Source: Verrucomicrobiota bacterium
Lineage (GTDB): Bacteria; Verrucomicrobiota; Verrucomicrobiia; Opitutales; Cerasicoccaceae
Reading direction: 5' to 3'
DNA length: 64,000 bases
Assembly: GCA_039818205.1 (NCBI GenBank)
Contig: JBCBUK010000012.1
Coordinates: forward strand, 71,239-135,238
The notes beneath the pieces are model-generated. The model was not told the origin of the DNA, made no database searches, and was given only the letters and a program-made list of their open reading frames with translations. The position numbers were made by a program, and so were the translations under genes. Position 1 is the first letter of the stretch, and each line of letters starts with the position of its first letter. This document shows, in pieces, positions 9,179 through 18,886 of this stretch.

Positions 9179-9991
9179 CTATTTTGGGGCAAATTCCTTC
9201 CAAACTTGCCCAAGCTTCCCGCCAGGCGGCGTCTCAATTGCCTGAAAAACGACCCCCTCAATGGCTTCAATCCGGGAAAGGTGAATCGGCAGCTGCCCAG
9301 TCGGCACTAGACCACGAAGTTTACTGGGCTTTCCAGCGAAACCGTGCCAATCCAGTGGGGGCACCTCATCGTAAAGCCCCTCACCGGGAATCTTTAAACC
9401 GCATTCCATCGCATGAAGCCGGACCTGGTGCCAACGCGGCAAGGTCGTCGTAGCCCGCCACAATGCATAGTCTCCGCACTCGCCAATGCGCTCGAAACAG
9501 GTTTCCGACTTCTTCCCGCTCTTGTGGGACACTAGCATCCTCTGCTCATAGCTATGCCGCGCGACGGGCAGATCACAAAGATACGAATCCTCCTGACCAT
9601 GCGCAACTTGAGCAACAAACTCATACGAAAACTTCAGCTGCTGGGACCCATAGACGTTGCGCCAATGGGCAACCGCCTCACGCGTGCAGCCAACCAAGGA
9701 AACGCCGCTGACCTCAGCCTCCACCAGGTTGATTGAGAGAGCGATCTCCATCCCCAAACGCACCAATTCAGGCTTCCCCTTGGCTATTTGGGCCTTGAGA
9801 CCAGCCACCAGACTCAGCCGGTCCGGGTAAAATGGGTTCGCATCCGACAGAATGCCACCCGGCAAGGCGATCGCGAGCAAGCCCTCTCCGACTGTCGCAG
9901 CCGGCAAACGGACCGGCTCCGGCCCTAAAAGAGGCGGAGGAAACCCGATCTTCAGCTCCGAACTATCGTCCAAGGTAAGAAAATTGCTCAT
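9179..9991 (-). CDS. RluA-family pseudouridine synthase-like protein, catalytic motif degenerate
   Basis: GKKSETCF, PRWHQVRLH (GRxHQIRxH), KIPGEGLYD (PIxGDxLY) and LPIHL motifs; motif II HRLDxxTSG reads NLVEAEVSG. Confidence 0.75.
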   Translation of the reverse strand: MSNFLTLDDSSELKIGFPPPLLGPEPVRLPAATVGEGLLAIALPGGILSDANPFYPDRLSLVAGLKAQIAKGKPELVRLGMEIALSINLVEAEVSGVSLVGCTREAVAHWRNVYGSQQLKFSYEFVAQVAHGQEDSYLCDLPVARHSYEQRMLVSHKSGKKSETCFERIGECGDYALWRATTTLPRWHQVRLHAMECGLKIPGEGLYDEVPPLDWHGFAGKPSKLRGLVPTGQLPIHLSRIEAIEGVVFQAIETPPGGKLGQVWKEFAPK

Positions 9992-10021
9992 AAAATTGGT
10001 CACAGTAACTATTCAGGCATC

Positions 10022-10052
10022 AAAAAACTCCCACCGCGGAAGCAATGGGAGT
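10022..10052 (-). terminator. Rho-independent terminator of rpsT
   Basis: Minus strand ACTCCCATTGC-TTCC-GCGGTGGGAGT followed by TTTTT. Confidence 0.8.
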
Positions 10053-10071
10053 CGTCGCAAATTGCATTCGC

Positions 10072-10332
10072 TTACTTGGCGCCAGCAAAGAGGAACTTAG
10101 AAACGGCGGCCTTGTTACGATTGGCGTTGTTCACGTGGATGATGTTACGCTTTGCAGCCTTATCGAGGGCGGACGCGTACTCTGTTGCCAACTTCTTGGA
10201 GTCATCATTCACCTCTTCCAGAGAGCGGAGCTTCTTGGCCAAGGTGCGCAGACGGCTGCGGACGGCGCGATTGCGGTCGGTCCGGGTTTCGGTCTTACGA
10301 ATATACTTTTGGGCTTGTTTGGTGTTAGCCAT
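10072..10332 (-). CDS. rpsT: 30S ribosomal protein S20
   Basis: MANTKQAQKYIR...NRAVRSRLRT...LDKAAKRNIIHVNNANRNK. Confidence 0.97.
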   Translation of the reverse strand: MANTKQAQKYIRKTETRTDRNRAVRSRLRTLAKKLRSLEEVNDDSKKLATEYASALDKAAKRNIIHVNNANRNKAAVSKFLFAGAK

Positions 10333-10409
10333 GGATTGTGAAAGGATCTAATTTGGAAAAGCCGCTCAAAAAAGGCACTTTAAAGCGGTCTGTCAATGAA
10401 TAAAATGAT

Positions 10410-10797
10410 GGTTTTCAGGAGGGATAAGCCGGATTTTGTCAGAACCAGAAAAATCTGGCCCCTGCTCTCATTCATCTGCGGGTCGAAACCCGATCTCGCC
10501 GAAGCGGGATGCGACTTACCCGGAGCCTTAGCGGGCGGGCTACCCGGCCCCCTACATAGTCTTGCATCGGAATGGGCTTGCCCTGCCACCTTGGTTACCC
10601 TCGGCGCGGTGAGCTCTTACCTCACCTTTTCACCCTTACCTCGACGAATCGAGGCGGTCTATTCTCTGTGGCGCTATCCGTCAAACGGCGCTTAAACGCC
10701 GCCCGCCCCCACTTTCATGGGGAATCCTGCCCTATGATGTCCGGACTTTCCTCAACTGTCTCAAAGAACGGCTGCGAGAGCTTACCTCCCAAAAACC
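10410..10797 (-). ncRNA. rnpB: RNase P RNA (bacterial type A)
   Basis: Minus strand contains GAGGAAAGTCCGG, AGCGCCACAGAGAA, GGTAACCAAGGTGGCAGGGCAAGCCC and the 3' motif ACAAAATCCGGCTTAT; ends GGTTTTTGGGAGG / CCTCCTGAAAACC pair as P1. Confidence 0.95.
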
Positions 10798-10983
10798 AAG
10801 CGGTAAGGATCAATGATAAAGGACAAAAAATCAATCCAATTCGAGCCACCAAGTGACTAAGCCCAGCCAGGAGACAACACCCATTGTGATTGCCAGATAT
10901 GCCAAGTATTTTCGATTCAATCAGAAACAATATAGTTCGCGTAGTAAGAACAGATGGGGCCGTCTTAGCAAACGATCACCACC

Positions 10984-11967
10984 TTACTCCACATCCGCGT
11001 TCGCGAAGCGCGGGCCGAGACCGGCATTGGGGGCGATGGCGGGGACATAGAAACCCCAGCGCTTGCGGAGGTCGTGCACAATGTCGCCGACCCAGAAATG
11101 GGATCGCTTCCTTTTCGGGCTCGAACAGATGGTTTCCAGCTGCGGGAGTAAATAATCGTCGCGGAAGTATTTGGTGGGTTCGTTGTCCGGGAAGAAAGGA
11201 GCCTCGTGGTACTTCGCCTGTAGGTCCGGATCGCGGTCGACCTCCAGAACGTACTCCACTGCCGCCGCATCACTGTCAAAATCCGAGATATTGATGAAAC
11301 TGGCCGGATTGAAGTCCTCAGCGACATCCGGATTGCCCCAGTAAATCGGGATGCAGCGCGCAGCCATGGCCTGATAAAGCTTCTCAGTGGTATAGCCACG
11401 CATTGCGTAGTTCTCCAGAGACAGGCAAAACCGGGCGCCGGATATGAAGGCATGCTTGTCAGCAACCGGCCCGCCCACGTTATTCAACGCTTTGCCACCA
11501 GAATCAACGTGGCGAGCGGCATGCAGCTTCTCAAAAAACGACCGGCGGCGCGCGGTCCGGCGTGCATTTACATTGGACACGACAAAGGCGCAAAAGCGTC
11601 TGCGCTCCCCACGGAGCTCAGCTTCCTCGGCGGCATCGCCGCGGATAAGTGGCTCGGCGCCCTGCCCAACCGTTACATAAAACGGCAAACGCAGGTTTCG
11701 AGGATCTGCCATTTCCCGAAATGTGAACGCATAGTCGCACGCCCGAAAATTGGGCACTCGGTCCTCAATAGCCACATATATCCTTTTGCAGTTAAATGAT
11801 TGATGAACACCACCTTGACCATCCGAATAAAAGACAAAATCTGGCGAATCCGACAACTCAACCGTGAAAAGCTTGCGCAGCTGCTGCATGAGGTAATGAT
11901 TTTCGGGATCAAATGTCTCCCAGAAATCCACAAACGCTACCTTTACCGTTGGACGAACCGTTTCCAT
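10984..11967 (-). CDS. GT10 family alpha-1,3/4-fucosyltransferase
   Basis: FCAFVVSN, VDSGGK..NNVG, FCLSLEN...GYTTEKLYQA...CIPIYWG, FNPASFIN are GT10 signatures; start moved to METVRP at 11967. Confidence 0.9.
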   Translation of the reverse strand: METVRPTVKVAFVDFWETFDPENHYLMQQLRKLFTVELSDSPDFVFYSDGQGGVHQSFNCKRIYVAIEDRVPNFRACDYAFTFREMADPRNLRLPFYVTVGQGAEPLIRGDAAEEAELRGERRRFCAFVVSNVNARRTARRRSFFEKLHAARHVDSGGKALNNVGGPVADKHAFISGARFCLSLENYAMRGYTTEKLYQAMAARCIPIYWGNPDVAEDFNPASFINISDFDSDAAAVEYVLEVDRDPDLQAKYHEAPFFPDNEPTKYFRDDYLLPQLETICSSPKRKRSHFWVGDIVHDLRKRWGFYVPAIAPNAGLGPRFANADVE

Positions 11968-12040
11968 GCAAAACGACGCATGAAAACCGGTTTCGCCAAC
12001 GCCGCCAAGGGGGATTTTTAAGAAATGTAAAATTGCCACG

Positions 12041-12826
12041 ATGAAGGCACTCGACGACCTCAGGAAATCACTCGCGTGGCGCATCTTTCCCTGGGCCCGG
12101 CTCCAACTCGAGCTCGGACCTGGATGCACGGTCGTCCTGCGCAATCGCGGAGACTTTCTCATCCTGCGAGAAATCTTTATCGAGCGCGAGTATGACCGCT
12201 TTCTTGAGGCCATCGGCCCGGTTCGTACATGGCTCGACCTTGGCTGCAACTGCGGCATGTTTAGCCTGCGTCTCGAAGCCATGGCCCAGACCAAGGGTTG
12301 GGGCGGCGAACGAACGGGAATTCTCATTGATGCGAACGCCGAGGCACTCTCGGCTGCACGGGAGGCGATTCGGCTAAGCTTGCCTGAGGCCAAGATGGAG
12401 CTGGTCGAAGCTGCCGTCGGCCCTAAAGGCCAGACGCACATTGACTTCTACGAGGGCAAGACCTCCCACAAGTCGCGGCTTAGCTCACTTGGGTCGCGGG
12501 GAAAACGCGTGCGCCGCGAGGTGGCCGATCTGGAGGCACTAGTAAGTAAAATTGGACCGGCAATCGACTTGATCAAAATCGATATTGAAGGGGCCGAAGC
12601 CCTACTCCTGGAGCATTGGTCGACGTGGCTGGCGGAGACCGCCAAGCACCTCCTTATCGAGTGGCATGAACCCGAACAACCGGGGGGTGAGCTCCTATCG
12701 AAACTCGGCGCACTTGGCTTCTCACTCGTCGATGCTCAATCGAAAACCGGCGCCGGAGAGGCCGCACTTGCGGCTCCGATCGGGACCGCCCTTTTCAGCA
12801 AAAGCGCCGACCGCCCGTACCGATAG
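12041..12826 (+). CDS. FkbM family SAM-dependent methyltransferase
   Basis: EIFIEREY, LDLGCNCG, DLIKIDIEGAE, IEWH. Confidence 0.85.
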   Translation: MKALDDLRKSLAWRIFPWARLQLELGPGCTVVLRNRGDFLILREIFIEREYDRFLEAIGPVRTWLDLGCNCGMFSLRLEAMAQTKGWGGERTGILIDANAEALSAAREAIRLSLPEAKMELVEAAVGPKGQTHIDFYEGKTSHKSRLSSLGSRGKRVRREVADLEALVSKIGPAIDLIKIDIEGAEALLLEHWSTWLAETAKHLLIEWHEPEQPGGELLSKLGALGFSLVDAQSKTGAGEAALAAPIGTALFSKSADRPYR

Positions 12827-12936
12827 TCGGGAAGCGAGCCCTTGGGCAATCCCGGCAGCGGAACTAAATCCGCTAAAAAAAGTCCTTTGATTTGGGCTCA
12901 ATTGCGTTAAGTTAAACGGCTTTCCTTTTTTCAAAA

Positions 12937-13578
12937 ATGAGCAGCGAGACACAAAAACCAATCGACGAAGAAGCATCAACGGCCCCAGCGGTCGAAGAAA
13001 CGCCAACCGATGAAGCGACTGACGCTTCCGGAGCGGCTGTCGTGGATGAATCCGACACGGGCGCATTGCTCGAGCAAATCGAGAAGTTGCAAATCGAGCT
13101 CAACGAGCAAAAAGAGCGCAATCTGCGGTCCGTTGCCGACCTCGACAACTTCCGCCGCCGCGTTGCGCGCGAGAAGGACGACCTGCGCAAGCGTGTTGAG
13201 GCCGATGTGATTGAAGACCTGCTACCTGCCATGGACAATTTCCAGATTGGCCTTGAGCACGCTGCCAAAGCCCAGTCGGGTGCCGACGTGGCAAAGGGGT
13301 TCGAATTTATCGTCACCCAGATCCAGGGCATTCTTGAGCAGCGGGGCCTTACCCAGGTTGCTCCGAAGGTCGGGGATGAATTTAACCACCACCAGCACGA
13401 CGCGGTTGGTCACGAGGTTAGCGATGAAATCCCAGATCACCACATCCTTAAAGTGATGCGAGCCGGCTATCAGTTAAAAGATCGTCTATTGCGCCCGGCC
13501 TCTGTGACTGTCTCTTCAGGCCCGGCTAATAATGCCGATAATGCCGAGTCGACCGACGAGAAGCCTGCTGATTCCTAA
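12937..13578 (+). CDS. grpE: Nucleotide exchange factor GrpE
   Basis: [31 protein letters not shown]. Confidence 0.96.
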   Translation: MSSETQKPIDEEASTAPAVEETPTDEATDASGAAVVDESDTGALLEQIEKLQIELNEQKERNLRSVADLDNFRRRVAREKDDLRKRVEADVIEDLLPAMDNFQIGLEHAAKAQSGADVAKGFEFIVTQIQGILEQRGLTQVAPKVGDEFNHHQHDAVGHEVSDEIPDHHILKVMRAGYQLKDRLLRPASVTVSSGPANNADNAESTDEKPADS

Positions 13579-13598
13579 TCTGCCTGCCCAATTTTACC

Positions 13599-14753
13599 AT
13601 GCCGACTTCCCAAGATTATTACGAGCTGCTAGGGGTTGCACGAGACGCCTCAGCAGACGAAATCAAGAAGGCCTACCGAAAAATGGCCGTCAAGTATCAC
13701 CCGGACAAGAATCCGGGCAATCAGGAGGCTGAAGACAAATTTAAGGAAGTCTCGGAAGCTTATGAAGCCTTGAAGGACCCTGACAAACGGGCCGCCTACG
13801 ACCGCTATGGCCACGCCGCCTTCCAAGGCGCGGGTGCAGGCGCCGGTGGCCGCGGCGCTGGAGGCTTCCACGATCCGTTCGACGTTTTCCGCGAAGTATT
13901 CGGCCAAGGCCAAGGTGGCGGCGGTAGCGGCATCTTCGAGGAGTTTTTCGGTGGCGGTGGCGGCCAGCGCGGTGGACCCACTCGCGGTGACGACCTACGC
14001 TACGACTTGGAAATCTCCCTGGAAGAAGCAGCCGAAGGCGTTGAGAAAGAGATCAGCTATCGACGCCACACCAGCTGCAGCACCTGTAAGGGTTCTGGAG
14101 CAGCGGCGGGTAGCTCACGGGTGACTTGTTCGACTTGTGGCGGCGCAGGCCAGGTCATTTCCTCGCGCGGCTTTTTCCAGGTCCGCCAAGCCTGCCCGAC
14201 TTGCCATGGCCAAGGCACTACCGTGGACAATCCTTGCGAATCGTGCACCGGGACCGGTGTCCAGGTCAAGGAGCACAAAGTCAAAGTGCGCGTTCCGCCT
14301 GGCGTAGATACCGGATCCAAGTTGCGCTCCCGCGAAAACGGCGAAGCCGGCTCGCAGGGTGGCCCCTACGGCGACCTGTATATCGTGTTGCACATCCGCG
14401 AGCACGAGATTTTTGAGCGCCACGAAGACAATCTTTACTGTGTCATTCCCATTAAGTTCACCCTCGCAGCACTTGGCGGAACGATCGAAGTTCCCACGCT
14501 GAAGGGTCGCGCATCGCTAAAAATTCCGCCCGGCACGCAAGGCGGCACCAAATTCCGCCTCCGTGGCAAAGGTTTGCCTTCTCTGCGTGGCAATCACGTC
14601 GGTGACCAAATCGTCCGGGTCGAAATTGAAGTCCCCAAAAAGCTATCCGGTTCGGAACGCGAAGCCTTGGAAAACTTCGCCGAGATCTGCGGGGACGCCG
14701 ACGAGCCCGTCGAAAAATCTTTTTTCGACAAAGCCAAGAAGTGGTTTGAATGA
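13599..14753 (+). CDS. dnaJ: Chaperone DnaJ
   Basis: J domain with HPD, G/F region, four CxxCxGxG repeats. Confidence 0.98.
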   Translation: MPTSQDYYELLGVARDASADEIKKAYRKMAVKYHPDKNPGNQEAEDKFKEVSEAYEALKDPDKRAAYDRYGHAAFQGAGAGAGGRGAGGFHDPFDVFREVFGQGQGGGGSGIFEEFFGGGGGQRGGPTRGDDLRYDLEISLEEAAEGVEKEISYRRHTSCSTCKGSGAAAGSSRVTCSTCGGAGQVISSRGFFQVRQACPTCHGQGTTVDNPCESCTGTGVQVKEHKVKVRVPPGVDTGSKLRSRENGEAGSQGGPYGDLYIVLHIREHEIFERHEDNLYCVIPIKFTLAALGGTIEVPTLKGRASLKIPPGTQGGTKFRLRGKGLPSLRGNHVGDQIVRVEIEVPKKLSGSEREALENFAEICGDADEPVEKSFFDKAKKWFE

Positions 14754-15259
14754 GCATTACGGACCTCCCCAATAAGTCTTGGCGCAGCCTGGATGAAGCG
14801 GTCAAGCGACGCAAAGAGTTGCGTTCGCGGGGTAAGCGCATCGTCCTAACCAATGGCTGCTTCGACTTGATGCATACCGGTCACGTCTACTTCCTCCGTG
14901 AGGCCGCCAAACTTGGAGACGCGCTTATTGTTGCGCTTAACAGCGACGAAAGCGTCAAAGAACTGAAGGGCCCGACCCGCCCGGTCCAATCCACCATTGA
15001 GCGGGCCTACCTCTTGGGTAATTTGGAGATTGTCGATACGATTATCTCCTTCGAAACCCCGCGCCTGACCGCTGAGATTGAAGCTTTAAAGCCCGACGTC
15101 TACGCGAAGGCAGGCGACTACACCCTGGAGACACTGAACCCTGAGGAGCGCGCCGCACTTGAAAAGAATGGTGCTGTCATTCAGTTCATGCCATTTTTAC
15201 GCGGATATTCGACGACGTCTTTGATTGCCAAGATCAACGCAGCCGCCAACACTTTTTAA
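14750..15259 (+). CDS. rfaE2: D-glycero-beta-D-manno-heptose 1-phosphate adenylyltransferase-like (RfaE domain II / cytidylyltransferase family)
   Basis: [40 protein letters not shown]. Confidence 0.85.
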   Translation: MSITDLPNKSWRSLDEAVKRRKELRSRGKRIVLTNGCFDLMHTGHVYFLREAAKLGDALIVALNSDESVKELKGPTRPVQSTIERAYLLGNLEIVDTIISFETPRLTAEIEALKPDVYAKAGDYTLETLNPEERAALEKNGAVIQFMPFLRGYSTTSLIAKINAAANTF

Positions 15260-15274
15260 AAGAACCAGCAATTT

Positions 15275-15871
15275 ATGTATCGCGTCGCCATACTTGGATC
15301 AGGTCGCGGCAGCAATGCCGAAGCAATCTTACGCGCTCAGGAAGACGGGCGCCTTGGTCCTGCCCAGGTACTGGGGATCTTTTCTGATCAGCAGCACGCG
15401 CGCATCTTGAAGCTCGGGCCAGAGTTCGAAACTCCAAGTCTCTACCTCGATCCCGGCCCCTTCAAAACGAAGTTTACGCCAGATGCCGAAACGCACTGGG
15501 CCAACGTCATCGAATCCATTTCTCCGGATCTCGTGGTTCTCGCCGGATTTATGCGTGTTTTAAAGGCACCGCTACTCGAAACCTTTGCGGGTCGCATCAT
15601 TAACCTCCACCCGAGCCTCCTGCCGCAGTTCCCTGGCTTGAACGCGATCCAGCAGGCCTATGATGCGGGCATTGAGGAAACTGGTTGCACTGTTCATTGG
15701 GTCAATTCGGAGATCGATGGAGGCAAGATTATCGACCAGGCGCGCGTGCCGATCGTCAAGGGCGAAAGCCTTGAGGAGCTGGAGGAACGCGTCCATTTTG
15801 CCGAACATGCACTCCTGACGAAGGTCGTCCGCAAATTAGCCGAGGAGGCCTACTTTAGCGTGCGCCACTAG
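15275..15871 (+). CDS. purN: Phosphoribosylglycinamide formyltransferase
   Basis: SGRGSN, LAGFMRVL, INLHPSLLPQFPG, GCTVHWV..EIDGG. Confidence 0.95.
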   Translation: MYRVAILGSGRGSNAEAILRAQEDGRLGPAQVLGIFSDQQHARILKLGPEFETPSLYLDPGPFKTKFTPDAETHWANVIESISPDLVVLAGFMRVLKAPLLETFAGRIINLHPSLLPQFPGLNAIQQAYDAGIEETGCTVHWVNSEIDGGKIIDQARVPIVKGESLEELEERVHFAEHALLTKVVRKLAEEAYFSVRH

Positions 15872-15879
15872 CCTTTCCC

Positions 15880-16773
15880 ATGCACGAAGTCTCCTGTCCT
15901 GTCGATTCGGCCTGCGCCGAACAATTAGAAGCGTATTTTTGCGAGTACGTTCGTTCGAACTGGAGCCTGCTCAAAATTCGCGATCAGGATCCCTACACCT
16001 TGCAAGGGTTCTTTGAAGACAAAGCGGATGCCGAGCGCGAATTTGCCGAGCTTAAAGCCCAGTTCCCTGACCTGACCGACGCACCCAATTGGCGGGAATT
16101 CGACGACCAGGAATGGCAGAATGCCTACAAGGCATTCATTGAACCCTGGGCCTACGGCGATCTGCATTGGGTTCCAGTCTGGCGGCGCGACGACTACCCT
16201 TTGCCGGATGGCGAAACCGCCGTCTACCTCGATGCCGGGATGGCTTTTGGAACGGGCAGCCATGAAACGACTCGACTCATGGCCCGACGACTCCTCGACT
16301 TCCGTGAGAAGCGGTCAACCTTTGCCGATCTTAAAGTAATCGATGCCGGATGTGGTTCGGGCATCCTCGCCATCTCGGCTGCTCGCCTTGGCTGCGACGC
16401 CGTCTACGCCTTCGACCGCGACCCTGAAGCCGTAAGGGTCAGTATCGAGAATCGGGCCTTCAACGACTTGGCTGATGAATCCATTGAATTTGCCGATGCC
16501 GGGCTTGAGGACGGCCTTGCTGACCGTGAGGCGGAACTGATTCTGGCCAACATTCAAGCGGATGTCTTGAAGATCCATGCAGAATCTCTGGTCCAAGCGA
16601 CCGCGGCGACGGGCGTTCTGGCACTCAGCGGAATTCTCGCGGAGGAAGTCGACACCGTTCGCGAAGCCTTCGCGCCACTAGCTGCCGAAAAATGGGGCGA
16701 ATATCGCGTCGATTCCCGCGTTGACGGCGAATGGTGCGACCTGGTTTTCTGCCAACAAAACGAGCCACTTTAA
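15880..16773 (+). CDS. prmA: Ribosomal protein L11 methyltransferase
   Basis: GMAFGTGSHETT, DAGCGSGIL, ANI, LSGIL. Confidence 0.92.
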   Translation: MHEVSCPVDSACAEQLEAYFCEYVRSNWSLLKIRDQDPYTLQGFFEDKADAEREFAELKAQFPDLTDAPNWREFDDQEWQNAYKAFIEPWAYGDLHWVPVWRRDDYPLPDGETAVYLDAGMAFGTGSHETTRLMARRLLDFREKRSTFADLKVIDAGCGSGILAISAARLGCDAVYAFDRDPEAVRVSIENRAFNDLADESIEFADAGLEDGLADREAELILANIQADVLKIHAESLVQATAATGVLALSGILAEEVDTVREAFAPLAAEKWGEYRVDSRVDGEWCDLVFCQQNEPL

Positions 16774-16793
16774 GCGACGACCAGAAAAGACCC

Positions 16794-18017
16794 ATGGCGA
16801 TGCCACGCAAATACCACGAACCGATTGATGCCCCAGCTGGAAGCTTTGCTGAGGCCTTTGCTCGTCTGCCCCTGAACCAGCTAACCGAGCAGGCCTACTC
16901 GACCGATGCCGCTCGTGTGGATACCATTCTCAAGCGTGGGCAGGCACGGACACTGGAGGATTTCGCCGCGTTGATCTCACCGGCGGGCACGGAGCGTCTC
17001 GAAGCTCTTGCCGCACACTCCCAGCAGATTACCCAACGAAACTTTGGCAAAGCAATCCGCCTGTTTGCTCCGATGTATTTGTCCAATGAATGCGTGAATG
17101 TTTGCAAATATTGCGGCTTCTCGCGGCACAACGACATCCCCCGCATAACCATTCCCGTTGGTAAGGTCGAGGAGCAGTCTAGGATGCTTAAACGACAGGG
17201 ATTTCGCTCGCTGCTGCTTGTGGCTGGTGAGCATCCGAAGTGGGTTTCTAACGGCTACGTCGAAGATTGCATCCGCAAAACACTTCCCCACATGCCGGCC
17301 ATCAGCATCGAACTCGGCCCGATGGAAGCGGAAGAGTATCGGCCATTGGTTAGTGCCGGAGCCGAAGCGCTGATTGTCTATCAGGAAACGTACCATCAAC
17401 CGACCTACGAGGAGCTCCATACGGCGGGACCGAAAAAGTATTTTGCATGGCGGATGGACACCCCTGAACGCGGCTATGCCGCTGGATTCCGCCGACTGGG
17501 CATCGGGGCGCTCTTGGGACTGCATGATTGGCGTTACGAAGCCTTAGCGGTGGCCGCTCACGCCCAGTTTCTCCTGCGCAAGTGCTGGAAGGCACAAGTC
17601 TCAGTCAGCCTGCCACGCATGCGCCCGGCGGCGGGTGGATGGCAGCCCAATCCGGAATATTCGATGAGCGACCGTGAGCTTGTGCAAACCATTTGCGCAC
17701 TACGGATGCTTTTGCCCCACGTTGGTGTCACGCTTTCAACTCGGGAGCCTCCGGCGTTGCGCAATGGCTTAGTTCCGCTCGGTGTTACCTTGATGAGCGC
17801 CGGAAGTTCCACGGAGCCCGGCGGCTACGATCATTTTGACGAATCCCAATGGACGCCGACTCGGGAGCAACCGGGCGAGCAGTTCAACATCGCCGACGAG
17901 CGTTCCCCTGGCGCCATTGCAGCGATGATCCGTAGTCAGGGATACGAGGCCGTCTGGAAGGACTTCGACCAAGCCTTGGTATCCGACAGTTCAATGGCCA
18001 AGCCCGTCGAAGCCTAA
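16794..18017 (+). CDS. thiH: 2-iminoacetate synthase (radical SAM tyrosine lyase)
   Basis: FAPMYLSNECVNVCKYCGF (CxxxCxxC), YQETY, SLPRMRP, STRE, SAGSSTEPGGY, VWKDFD. Confidence 0.93.
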   Translation: MAMPRKYHEPIDAPAGSFAEAFARLPLNQLTEQAYSTDAARVDTILKRGQARTLEDFAALISPAGTERLEALAAHSQQITQRNFGKAIRLFAPMYLSNECVNVCKYCGFSRHNDIPRITIPVGKVEEQSRMLKRQGFRSLLLVAGEHPKWVSNGYVEDCIRKTLPHMPAISIELGPMEAEEYRPLVSAGAEALIVYQETYHQPTYEELHTAGPKKYFAWRMDTPERGYAAGFRRLGIGALLGLHDWRYEALAVAAHAQFLLRKCWKAQVSVSLPRMRPAAGGWQPNPEYSMSDRELVQTICALRMLLPHVGVTLSTREPPALRNGLVPLGVTLMSAGSSTEPGGYDHFDESQWTPTREQPGEQFNIADERSPGAIAAMIRSQGYEAVWKDFDQALVSDSSMAKPVEA

Positions 18018-18811
18018 GACAAAATCGCGCGATTGAGTTTGCCGGACACGAATCCTTCTTCGTCGATCTCAACTCGCTTAAACCCGACATCACTGAAGTC
18101 GGATTGGATCTGCTCCAAGTGGCTCTTCAGTTCCGTAAGGCGGTCCTGAGGCGCCTCGATCCGGGCAAGCTCGCCAAAGTGGCGAACTCGGTTGATGGGG
18201 AAGCCCATTGAGGTCAGTACGGCCTCCGCCCGCTCGATTTGCTTGAGTTTTTCGAAGGTAATTCGTTCGCCGTAGGGAACTCGCGAGGCTAGGCAAGGGC
18301 TCGCTGGTTTATCCCAGCAGGCTAGCTTGAAGTGCACCGCGATCTCGCGAACATCTGCCTTGTTCAATCCGCATTCTAGTAGCGGCGAGCGCACTTTAAA
18401 CTCGGACGCCGCCTTCATCCCAGGCCGGTAGTCACCGGAATCATCCGCATTGGCGCCATTCAAGATCCACCAATCCGGGTAGCGCTGCTGGATTCCCGCA
18501 ATATCGTCGTAGAGTGTATGCTTACAAAAGTAGCAGCGATTCTCGGGATTGTTGAAATAGTTGGGGTTTTCCAGCTCCCCGGTAATGATTACTTCCAGCG
18601 GAATGTCATGCTCTCGAGCAAAATCTCGGGCAAGCTCCAGGTCCGAAAGTTTGAGCGCGGGCGAAGCTGACGTTACCGCAAGAGCCCGATCCCGGGACAA
18701 GAAATGCCGAGCCAAAAAGGCGACCAAGGAGCTATCAACGCCGCCAGAGAATGCCACCAACGCGCCTGGGCACTCGGAAAACCAATTTTTAAGCGCGTCT
18801 AGGTGTTGCAT
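18014..18811 (-). CDS. larE: NPN cofactor ATP-dependent sulfur transferase LarE ([4Fe-4S]-type Cys pattern)
   Basis: PP-loop AFSGGVDSS, NRCYFCK, DYRPG, WDKPASPCLASRVPYG, SGKLN. Confidence 0.93.
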   Translation of the reverse strand: MQHLDALKNWFSECPGALVAFSGGVDSSLVAFLARHFLSRDRALAVTSASPALKLSDLELARDFAREHDIPLEVIITGELENPNYFNNPENRCYFCKHTLYDDIAGIQQRYPDWWILNGANADDSGDYRPGMKAASEFKVRSPLLECGLNKADVREIAVHFKLACWDKPASPCLASRVPYGERITFEKLKQIERAEAVLTSMGFPINRVRHFGELARIEAPQDRLTELKSHLEQIQSDFSDVGFKRVEIDEEGFVSGKLNRAILS

Positions 18812-18886
18812 GAACGATCATCATAGATTTGTTTTGCGAACTGTCAACCGGGACACCCATTCGATCCGACCCGAACTTTTTTGACT

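Noticed and set aside
10380..10930. Several short ORFs of 69-99 aa
   Set aside because: They overlie the RNase P RNA gene and its promoter region.
11968..12441. N-terminal extension of the 485-aa GT10 ORF in the track
   Set aside because: It overlaps the FkbM gene on the opposite strand; GT10-like sequence begins at METVRP (11967).
12827..12936. CIRCE element or terminator upstream of grpE
   Set aside because: No CIRCE consensus; the small hairpin AGCGGA/TCCGCT is followed by an A run rather than a U tract.
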